DNA of 63,522 bases from a virus (lineage: Duplodnaviria; Caudoviricetes): positions 1-63,522 of the IMG/VR virus record IMGVR_UViG_3300013132_000051. One strand, 5' to 3'. Position 1 is the first letter of the stretch, and every line of letters begins with the position of its first letter. A model generated the notes under the pieces. The model worked only from the letters and a program-made list of their open reading frames with translations, was not told the origin of the DNA and searched no databases. The position numbers were made by a program, and so were the translations under genes. Shown here one piece after another: positions 29,559 through 39,300 of the stretch.

Positions 29559-29599
29559 GCCCGTGCGGCGGCGGGCACAACCCCAACGGCTACCGCCGT
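29559..29599 (+). promoter_or_regulatory. candidate H-type pseudoknot in 5' UTR
   Basis: S1 GCCCG(29559-63)/CGGGC(29572-76); S2 GCGGCGG(29565-71)/CCGCCGT(29593-99); 1-nt L1 and A/C-rich L3. Confidence 0.4.
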
Positions 29600-29621
29600 C
29601 GCTAGGTAGGAGAGAATCGAA

Positions 29622-30395
29622 ATGTCTGACCTTCGTTCCAATCTGATTCGCGTAGCGAGCACCCTTCCGGCGGGCGACCCCGGTCGGAGCGACATCCTCC
29701 ACGTCATTCGCGAGAACGACATTCGCCTCGCCTTCGGCAAGGCGGCGGCGTCCAAGCTCCCGACCCGCCTCGTCGCGGGCTACGACGGCTTCACGGACCA
29801 GATCCGCGAGCTGGCCGACACCGAAGCGAACGTCAAGCGCCTTCAGGCCGAGATCGACGCGCTCACAGGCGACCTCTCCAAGAAGCTGAAAGACGCCGAG
29901 AAGGGCTACAAGGACGCCGTCGAGGCGATCAAGGACGCCTACAAGGAGAACCTCTCGGCTCAGGGCAACGTCATCATCGAGCGCAAGACGAAGCTCGTTG
30001 AGGCGCAGGCCAAGCTCAAGGTCGTCGGCGTCAAGGGCACCCTCAACTCGATCCAAGAGGATATGCTCGCCGCCGTCACCGAGAAGTACGGCGCGGAAGT
30101 CGCCGCCTTCATCAAGGCGACGCAAGACGCCCTCCAAGAGCAACACCAAACGATGCGTATCTCGCTCGACGGCTTCGTGCTGGAGGCGCGCGAGGCGGCG
30201 GACAAGACGGCGGCGAGCAAGACCGCCCTCAGCTTCAACATCGTCGGCGTTCTCGCGAAGTTCCGCGACTACATCAAGAAGGGCTGGTCGAAGATCGTCG
30301 AGGTCGCGAAGGCGGCGACGGACGTGATCCTGGGCCGCTCGGCGAAGGTCGAGAAGGCGCACACCGAGTTCTTGAAGGCGCTCGGCTCCGTTTGA
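29622..30395 (+). CDS. coiled-coil protein with variant leader, probably an abundant virion component
   Basis: MSDLRSNLIRVA...; strong SD AGGAG; very biased codons; own terminator; several K/R-x-A motifs. Confidence 0.85.
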   Translation: MSDLRSNLIRVASTLPAGDPGRSDILHVIRENDIRLAFGKAAASKLPTRLVAGYDGFTDQIRELADTEANVKRLQAEIDALTGDLSKKLKDAEKGYKDAVEAIKDAYKENLSAQGNVIIERKTKLVEAQAKLKVVGVKGTLNSIQEDMLAAVTEKYGAEVAAFIKATQDALQEQHQTMRISLDGFVLEAREAADKTAASKTALSFNIVGVLAKFRDYIKKGWSKIVEVAKAATDVILGRSAKVEKAHTEFLKALGSV

Positions 30396-30410
30396 TCCCG
30401 GCTCAACCTG

Positions 30411-30456
30411 AAACGACGAAGCCCCGGAGCCGCGAGGTTCCGGGGCTTCGTCGTTT
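30411..30456. terminator. bidirectional intrinsic terminator
   Basis: 18-bp perfect inverted repeat AAACGACGAAGCCCCGGA/TCCGGGGCTTCGTCGTTT around a GCGA loop, between convergent genes. Confidence 0.85.
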
Positions 30457-33082
30457 AGCCGCCCGACACGGCGATCAGAATCAAGTCCGTAATCAGCGCC
30501 GGAAGCCCTCCCGCCGTGATGACGAGGCCCGCCGAGTACGCCTGAGGGCCGTCGGCGGGCTTGTTTCCAGCCCCGACGAGAGCTGAGACTACGCCATCGG
30601 TTCCCGAAGCCACGACAGGAAGGATCAGCGCGTCCGGGATCTCAAAGGACAGGGGGATGTTGATGTAGGACTGGATTCGGCGGACGAGTTCCTGGATCTC
30701 TTTCACGCGCTGCTCTAGGGCGCTGATGAAATCGAGGATCGTCCCAACGATTCCGGTCAGACCCGTATCGAGCGCCGCCGCGTATTCGCGGATCAGGTCT
30801 ACCAGATCCGCGACGCTAGACAGTCCGAACGCCCCTACGCTCGCGAACGGCCTCCACAGGAGCCAGCTACCCGCTGGAGGGGTCGTTTGGGCGACGCCTG
30901 CGAGTTGGAGAACCGCCTGGGCGTCGTCGTAGATCTGATCCGGTACTACGTCCCGAACGAACCACAAGCCCGCCCCGTCCGTAAGCAGCGGAGCCGACTC
31001 TGAGACGTTCAGAATCGAAGAGCCCCCGAAAGTACCGTTCTGGTACTTCTCGTTCAGGCTCAGGAACCGGGCTGTTTGAATCGAATCGGCTTCGGGTAGA
31101 AGATTCGGCAGAGCCAAGACCCCCAACTCGTTGAAAAACACATCGTCGATGGGGAGATCCGCGAGAGATCGGGCGTTCTTTGCTACAATAGGGGGAACCA
31201 AGTACGGATCCTCGGCTTCGGTTTCGGTTCCCTGGGCGAGTACGTCGTTCAGACCCCACCCGAGAAGCGGGTTCCCGGAGACACCCTCTACGTCAGAGGT
31301 GTTCCACTTGAAGTTGACGAGCCGGTCTAGCCGGGGGCGGAGGTTCGCGAGGAGCGACGGGGGGAGGTTCCCTTGGGACTCAACGAGCGTAGCCGCCAGC
31401 GCGGATACTCGACTCCGAAGCCCCGAAGAAAAAGCAATAGGGGGCTCCGGGGTAACGAAGTACCGGCGGACGTTCTCGATGACCGTGGGAATGAGATTCT
31501 GAGCTACTGGCTCCAGACCCGTAGGTACATACGGGCTCGCCGTCCCCGAAGAAGAGGCGCTAGCGACTGAAGTTTCAGTGCCCGTCGCCTCTGCGATCTG
31601 AGGAACAAGGTCCGACCGGCTCAGGAGCGTGAGCGTGATCGCGGCCTGGAGGCCGAGCATGTAGGCGTCGGTCGCCTCCGTCGGAATCATAGCCGTGGCA
31701 ATGTTCGACGGGAGCCCCCGCGAAGCCAGCGTCACGGTCCGGTCGCTGACGGAAGCGACCGGGGAGAGAACGTCCGTTCCGGGGTTCCGGTACGGGACGA
31801 CGTTCCACTTGTAGTCGGAGGGGCTTTGGACGGTGTTATTGACCGCGTAGACGCGGATCCAGACCTGAGTCGGGGGCGCGGCTCCGTCAATGTTCACGGA
31901 GCCGTCTGAGGGGTTCACCTCTGCTTTGAGGGGCAGCTCTCCGAAGGGAATATTGATCGAGAAGGTTCCGCCGATCCAGGACTGGCCGAGCACGGCGTTT
32001 GGGCTCACCCCCGAACCAATGTAGAAGGTGCGCTGGTTGTAGTAGCGTCCGTCGTCCCGAACGGAAATCGGGTTCTGCTTGATGAAGTTCGTCGAGGTCG
32101 GGCTCGTCAAGAAGAAAACCGGCCTCGCCCCGTCGCGAATCGCCCCGTCCGAGTCGAAGCAATCCGACCAGAGCGAGCCCTCGGCGAGCTGAACCGAGTC
32201 GGCTCCGCCGAAAATCTGCACGGGCGCTCCCGTCAAACCATCGAGGTAGAGCCCCGTCGTGTATCGAGCTGTGCCGTCGCTCTCGTCTCCGCCCGTCGAA
32301 GAGGCGACCGGCGCGTACCAGCCTAGATACAAGCCCTGCTCAAAGCACGAGACTTCGATCAGGAACCCGTCCGGCGGTACCGCCGGGGAGCTAGTCGGAT
32401 TCGCCGTCGGGGAGGGGGCGATGTTCCACTGGAGGTAGACGCTGTCTCGTCCGGCGAGTTGCGAAATCCCGAGCAGTAGGTTCGCCGTCCCTTGGCCTGG
32501 AGTGAGTCGCGAGTTGGCGTTCGCGTAAGCCGGGGTGAGCCCGACGGGTAGCGGGAGCGAGCTAGCGACGGGGTTCTGACCCAGGAGCCGAGCGAAGCCG
32601 TTGATGAGGTCTTGGAAGATCCCGAAGCGGCTCGTATCGAGGAGGCCCGTGATGAACGTCGGATCGAGCCCCGCGTAGAAAAACAGGGCCACGACCGTGT
32701 TCGACGGCGAGAAATCCGGGCGGGTCAGGTCTGCCCGATTCGTCAGGCGCGAGATCATCCGCCGTTCGTAGGCGGGATAACCGCCTTTGATCCCGGCGAA
32801 GCTCGTGTCCTGAACGATGGCGTTGATGTCGGAGTTGAAGTAGATACCGACTCGTCTGAAGTCGAGCAGCAGATTCTGGAGGAGCGCGATCAGCTCCTGG
32901 ATGATCTGACGGATCGGGTTTAGGAGTCCCGCGACAAACGACTTGACGACGTTCATCACGGCCAACGCCAGATCGAGCGCCACGATGGCGATCTGGAACA
33001 GTCCGTTCACCCCGTCTACGAAGTCCCGTAGACCAGGAACCTCAAAGCGGAGTTGTATTCCGCCCCATTCGCCTACCGCCAT
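30455..33082 (-). CDS. putative virion structural protein with amphipathic helical termini
   Basis: TAATG coupling at 33080-33084 (MAVGEWGG); last gene of the operon containing the 3652-aa protein. Confidence 0.75.
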   Translation of the reverse strand: MAVGEWGGIQLRFEVPGLRDFVDGVNGLFQIAIVALDLALAVMNVVKSFVAGLLNPIRQIIQELIALLQNLLLDFRRVGIYFNSDINAIVQDTSFAGIKGGYPAYERRMISRLTNRADLTRPDFSPSNTVVALFFYAGLDPTFITGLLDTSRFGIFQDLINGFARLLGQNPVASSLPLPVGLTPAYANANSRLTPGQGTANLLLGISQLAGRDSVYLQWNIAPSPTANPTSSPAVPPDGFLIEVSCFEQGLYLGWYAPVASSTGGDESDGTARYTTGLYLDGLTGAPVQIFGGADSVQLAEGSLWSDCFDSDGAIRDGARPVFFLTSPTSTNFIKQNPISVRDDGRYYNQRTFYIGSGVSPNAVLGQSWIGGTFSINIPFGELPLKAEVNPSDGSVNIDGAAPPTQVWIRVYAVNNTVQSPSDYKWNVVPYRNPGTDVLSPVASVSDRTVTLASRGLPSNIATAMIPTEATDAYMLGLQAAITLTLLSRSDLVPQIAEATGTETSVASASSSGTASPYVPTGLEPVAQNLIPTVIENVRRYFVTPEPPIAFSSGLRSRVSALAATLVESQGNLPPSLLANLRPRLDRLVNFKWNTSDVEGVSGNPLLGWGLNDVLAQGTETEAEDPYLVPPIVAKNARSLADLPIDDVFFNELGVLALPNLLPEADSIQTARFLSLNEKYQNGTFGGSSILNVSESAPLLTDGAGLWFVRDVVPDQIYDDAQAVLQLAGVAQTTPPAGSWLLWRPFASVGAFGLSSVADLVDLIREYAAALDTGLTGIVGTILDFISALEQRVKEIQELVRRIQSYINIPLSFEIPDALILPVVASGTDGVVSALVGAGNKPADGPQAYSAGLVITAGGLPALITDLILIAVSGG

Positions 33083-33321
33083 TACCGGCCTCCGCCTCTC
33101 TTCAGGCGAGCGATCTGCTCGTGAAGCTCCTGGATTTGCTTCTGGTCCTGGGCGACCTGGGCCTGGAGAAGCTCTGATACCTTCAGGAACATCTCGCGTT
33201 GTTTCTTCAGGACGGGGAGATTCGTGAGGTCGGCCTTGCGCCCCTGTACCCAAGCGGGGTTGTCCGGGTCGAGGCCGAGAGCCCGGAGCTTCGCTTTCGC
33301 TTCTTCTAGCGTGTCGGTCAT
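33082..33321 (-). CDS. small coiled-coil protein
   Basis: coupled at both ends; heptad-like Q/E/L-rich C-terminal half. Confidence 0.75.
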   Translation of the reverse strand: MTDTLEEAKAKLRALGLDPDNPAWVQGRKADLTNLPVLKKQREMFLKVSELLQAQVAQDQKQIQELHEQIARLKRGGGR

Positions 33322-36300
33322 CGGACTTGGGTTCCCTTCACCGCCGTGAGGAGGCGCTTTTGCTCAACGATGCGCCGGGATAGCTCCCGGTCAAACCGCC
33401 GGATAGCCTCTAGAGTACCCGAGACTCGGTCGGCACGGAGCGTAAGCCACGCCCACCGGGAGTCTCGGAGCTTGTCGCTTTGGTTGAGAACTTCCTCGAT
33501 GCGGTCGGGGAGCACGGGGCGTCCCTCGTCGTTTGCGAAGTCTGCATACGGAGGTGTTAGCGGGGGAGAGTACGGGGGCGTGAGCGTGTCGAGCCGGAAG
33601 TCGAGCCCCCAGAACCGCCGGTCGAGGATCGACAAGGCATCGCTCGTGTTCGTGTACGGGCTCACGTCTACTAGGCCCGCGATAGTCGCGATGTAGGCGT
33701 CGAACAGCACCCCGAGCCCCAAGAGCGGATCGGTCGGGTCGCCGAGGTCGGTGATATGCCGGTCCCTTTGGAACACGAAGTAGGTGCCCGACTTCCCCGA
33801 TTCAAAGAGCGTCCTGAGTTCGTCCATCCACGAGAGCAACCTCTCCCGCGTAGACAGGATTAGCTCCAACGCCTCGTCACTCAAGAAAGGCGAGGGCCGA
33901 ATCACTCGGTAGGAGAACGGAGCGACGCTGAACCAGTTGCCCCGGAACGAGTTGGACCCGTTGCAAAACGCCGTCGGTCGGAGGTCGATCTGACCTTCCA
34001 AGCCGTTGCCCGCCCCCGACAAGCTAGACCCGTGAACCGTCGGGTAGACCGCGTAGGAGGCGTCGTACACGACATCCGGGTCGGGCCTCATGCTCGCGAG
34101 CGCACCGCCGAGGGGTTCTACTTCTAGCACGGCGACGTTGACCGTCTTGATGCGGTAGAAGCCCCGGTTGTCATCGAGTTGCGACGGCCCGCCCGGATTG
34201 TACGGAGCGCCCGGACCCCGGTCGATAACGCTTTGGTCCCCGAAGGGTTGTCGCCCGAACTCCGAGGGGGTCGGCGAACCCGTTGGGCCACGGAGCTTCC
34301 CGGCGGGGTCGATGACAAGAAGATCCCCGACTTGCACGCCTTCCTTCGCGAAGTTGGTCGAGGGGACGGTGTCCGTGAGCTTGTTGATGCTCTGGTCGTA
34401 GGCGACCTGAAGATTGGGATCCGAGACGTAATCTACCTTGCCGCCTTGCTGCGTAACGAGGTTCGCTTTCCGGTCGAGAACCCGAACGTCGGTCGCGAGG
34501 TCGAGTAGCTCCTCGCACGATTGCTCGTGGGGAACCGGCGCTTTGCGGAGGTACACCTCAAAGCGCGTACCGGGAACGACCGCCGCGAGAGCCTTGCGCG
34601 AGAGCCGGAGCGTGAACCCGTCGGTTTCGACCGAGAGCACGTCCATCTCCGCGAAGGGCAGGCCGTCCGCTCCCAAGAACCTCACCGTGTCGCCGCCGTT
34701 CACGTTCAAGAGCGGCAGGGTGAAGTCCCCAAGCTGAGTCGCCGTACCGCCGGGGAAGGGCGAGGGGAACCGCGCCGTGTCTACGGGCTCCGCGACGAGA
34801 AGGCTCGCCGACCCCGAAGTCGTGAAGCTCGCGACGATGCCCCGCCGGATCTCATAGACGAACCTCAGCGCCCGGAGCGAGTCGGCGGCAATCCCAAGTA
34901 GGTCGTGGAACCGTCGGATGCGCCGGACTTCGATCTGGGCTAGCTCCAAGAAACTCACGCCCGGACCCGGAAGCGTAGTCGCGTAGCTCGTGTAGCTGCG
35001 AGCCCCGATCTCGTTAGCCGCGAGCGAGTTGGCCGCGTCTACTACGTTGACCCGAGGAGCCCCGAGGTTGTTGCCCGACACCGGGAACGAGGGCTCCACG
35101 AACAGGCCCGCTTGCGCGTGATATTGAAGGTCGAACGAATCTCCGGGGAACAAGCACGCGGGACCGCCGCCGTGTAGCGCCGCCCACGGGAATCCCGAGA
35201 GGTCGAGCACGCCCGGAATCTCCCGGTACACGGGAGCCTCCAACGGGAGGAAGCTCGTCGATGGCTGAATCGTCTTCTGGTAGACGCCGAGTTCACCGGG
35301 AGCCGGGAGAACCCCGACGATAGTCCCGAGGCCCGCGTCGAACGTCGAGGGGGCTCCGCCGTTGTAGCTGGCGCTCACCGCCCGGAATCCGAAGTAGTAG
35401 CGGTTGGCTAGAGGGACGAACGGGTCGGGGGCCGTCACTCCCGGCAAGTTGGGAGGCACGCCCACCCCCGACGGAGCTACGGGCACCGCGACCATGCCCG
35501 AGATTTTCTTCCCCACGGTCGCTGAGGCGACGAAAGCCGCGAGGGAGATCGCACCCCCGATCCCGTCTTGGAAGCCGGAGAGGGTGAGGAACCTGTTGTT
35601 GGGGCCGTCGAGCGAGGCGTAAGCCGCCGACACGGCGCTCCCCGCGACGGTTACGTCTGACTCGTTCAGCAGGACATAGACCCGCCCCGAGGCCGGGAAC
35701 GCGAACGGCGCTACTACGGGAGCGCCCGTCACGTCGCTCACCGGGGCGACCGGCAAGAGGCTAGACGCCTCCAGATATACGCCGCCGGGGTCTACTTCGA
35801 TAAGCGTCGGGAACTCGAAATCCAACCACGCTCCCGCCGAACCGACCGAGGCCGTGAGGTCAAGCCGGTGGCCCGGAGGGGTAGCCGGAGTCGCTTCGAC
35901 CGCCGCCCGAACGAGATAGGTGCCGACCTTGCCGCTGGAGATGTCCGTGCCCGGAGGAGCGATGGCCGGATCGACTTGACCCCGGATAACGGCGATGTCT
36001 CCGGGTTGAATCTCTGCGACGCCTCCGGTGAAGGGTGATCCCGCCACGACGAAGTAGTTGTCTTGGATGAACTGATACTCGCCCGCTCCCGGAGTCTGAG
36101 AAACGAAAGCGAACCCGTTGAAAATCGGGCCGGTTTCGCTTTGACGGGAGCTAGCCGCTGCTGAGAAGGTGATGCCCGTCGCCTCAATCGGTACGTTGCC
36201 ACGGCCCTCAAAGCCCGACACCCGGATCGCGCCCAGACCCCCCGGCGAGGGTGCGGGCGAGAACGTCCCTACGCCGTTTAGTGAGGGGGCGATCCAAGAG

Positions 36301-39300
36301 CGCGCCGGGAACGTGAACGGCAACCCCGCATTGATCGCAGCGTTCGCATTGAACGTAACCCCGACCGAGATGGGAGCCGGATTGTAGACGGTAGCCGCAT
36401 GACTGATGATAAACAGTCCGCACTCCATCAACGCGCCGGGAGCGCCCGCCGGATGCGTGAACCCCCGAGGAAGCGCTGACCGGAAATCAATGTGGTCGCG
36501 CCAAGTAAGCCGGTCCACGTCGATGGACGCCGTGTAGCCGCCGTCCACGAGGGCGCTCACGGCAAAGTCATGGAACCCCGGAGTCTCCGTCACGCCGGGA
36601 GCCGGGATCACCGACCCATATGGGGTGAAGTCAAACCACGGCGCGGCGGTAACGACCACCACCCGATCCGTCAGAAGGTAGAACCCGCTAGCGTTCACCG
36701 CCACGGGAGGTCCGCCAATATCCACGGTAAACACGCCCGCGAGGATCGACGTGCCCGGACCCGACCCGCCCCCGGTCTTGTCGATCACGGTCGAGAACGG
36801 GTAGGTGCCCGTCGCCTTGTCGATGAGCGAGAAGGCGAACGCGGTGCCCTTGCCTGCCCACCCGACTACATCGTTCCAACCGCCGACCGGAGCCGGAAGC
36901 ACACCGCCGCCCGCGCCGTCGTCGAAGACGATGTTGCCCGCCGGAATCGACGAGAGGATGAACTCGGTCGTGACGACCGGACCGACGACTGTTTCCCGAA
37001 CGACGACGCCGCTCGCGTAAGCGGGGTAGTCCACCCACGCTTGAGCGTTCAAGATGGCGTAGTCAATGCGCGTGTTCTCGCTCATGGGCGAGGCGAACCG
37101 AGGGGGCTCGATCTGACTGAGGGGAGCGCCCGGAGCGAGCAGCCCGCCGACCGTGTGGATGCCGGTCGATCCCGCCGGGAATCCCGCCGGACCGGGAGTA
37201 CCCGTGCCCTCTTGGATGAACACGAGGTCGAACGGCGCGAGGTCGCCTACGCCCGCGTGACCCGGAGGCGGGGGGTACGCGCCTGACGAGGTAGCCCGAA
37301 GCAAGTCCTCGCTCGTCAAGAGCGCCGACGGGTCAATGGACACCTTCACTCCGCCGTCCGCGCCGAGCGTCTCGTCCGGGTAAACCGCTTCCGTGACGTA
37401 AGCGGGAGCGACCCCCGGAGGAGTTGCCGGAGGAGGGTCCGGGCTATCCGAACGGGTGAGGTCGATGAGCGCCGCCGCTGCCGTTCCGAGAAGCTCTAGC
37501 TCCGAGACGGGCGACCCGTAGTAGGGGAGCGAGTAGTCGCCCGAGTCGAGGCGGGTACCGCCGTCGAGGGCGGGGATCTTCACCGGGAGCCGGTCGCCGT
37601 TTTGGAAGCTGACCCGAGCCTCTAGCGTCGAAAGCGGGGCGGGGGGGCGTTGGCCGGTGGTCTCTTTCAAGCCAAAGAGCGTCGGGTCATCGAACGACGG
37701 AAGCGTCGCGTCGATTAGCTCGCCGGTACGCGAGTTGAAGTTGAGGTCGGTGCCCGTCCGGTACTCCGGGAGCGCCGCCGAGAGCGCCCCTACCTCTGAG
37801 ATAGTCGGCGGGTCCGACACGACGAAGTTCTGACCTGTCCGAGGCACCACAAAGACGGTATCGCCCCGTTGAGGGTCGATGGGCGTACCCGATGCCGGAG
37901 CCGAGAGCGCGACCAACCGGGAGGGGTTGGCGATGGGAGCGCCCGTCTCGTCCGCGAGCGTGATGAGGCACCCGCTCAAAACCGAGTTGACGAACACCCC
38001 GCCGTAGCGGGTCACCGGAGGGATGCCTACCGGAAAGGAGATACCCGAATCTCCGAGTTGGGTGAAGCTCCCGTCGGGTACTCCGAGCGCGAGTTGGTCA
38101 CCTACTCCGAACGGGGGCGTGTGAAGCTCCGGGTCGCCGGTCGCGAGGTCGTTGAGCCCCGTAGGCGTTGGCGTGAGGCTCTGGGAAGCAAGCTGCGAAA
38201 TGTCCGGCAATCCCGTGTTTGACAACAGCGGGAAGTCCGCGAGGGGCAAGGGCGTCGCGATGAAGCACGGCAATCCCGCGCTCGCCGGATCTACGTCGGG
38301 GAAGCCCGTAGGAGAGTAGGCCCACACCCTCGCCCGAGCGAGCCGGTCCCGAGCCGCTACGCCGAGGACGTTCTGGACCGTCCCGAGGACGGGATTCTCC
38401 AACGTGCCGATGGCCGTGCCCGTTGTAGAGCGGACCGAGAACGGGAACCCGTAGAGGAACCCGAGCGGGTCGAAGCCGAGCTTGCCCGCCGAGTATACAC
38501 CGGGAGCCCCCGTCGCCTCATCGAAGTCGAGGCCCGGAGCCGTCGTCGTAAACGCCGTCGTGCGCTCCGGGAACACCCGCGAGTACGGGTTGGCTTGACT
38601 CAGGTCCGCGTAGTTGCCGAAGGCCCGGACCTTGAACCAAATGAAGCCCGCGAGCGTGCGTTCGACGCGCCCCCGCGACACGAGCACGACATCGTCGAGG
38701 TCGTTCTGGATAAGCGTCGCCTGAAAATCCATCAACCTACCGAACGAAGCCGAGTCTTGGACGGGGCCTTGCGGTCGCCCGTTCCCGTCGAGCACCGTTT
38801 GGCGGGGGCTGAGAATCGGATCCGTGCGAAGGAGCCGGATGACCGGGAGCCCGCGCCGAGCCGCATCGAACGCCCCGAACCACAAGATACGGGGATTGAT
38901 CGCGCCCGTGATCTCGTCCTCGTAGCCGGGAGGGGTCCAAGGATCCCGCTTTCCGAACCGGAGGCGGATCTTGCCGTCGCGCTCGCCGATGAGTTGGCCG
39001 TTGAAGGTCTCTTCGATCTGCTCAAAGGCCGAGACAACCGCGTTGTAGAACCCGAGGAACGCCCGCGCTACACGGTCGCGGTCCACGAGGTTCATGCGCT
39101 CTGATACTAGGCCGACCCGTCCCTTGGAGGAGGCGTCCTTGTTAGCGCCCGAGGAGATCGTCGGACCGAAGGAGGGCTCCTGCGCCGTCGCCGCCTTCTG
39201 AAGCTCTAGGGAGACTTCCCCGGCGAACGCCTGGAACGGAACCGCCCGAGCGTAGAACGCATCCGGCGACTCGAAAGTGTAGGTCGCCTGGAGGATGCCC

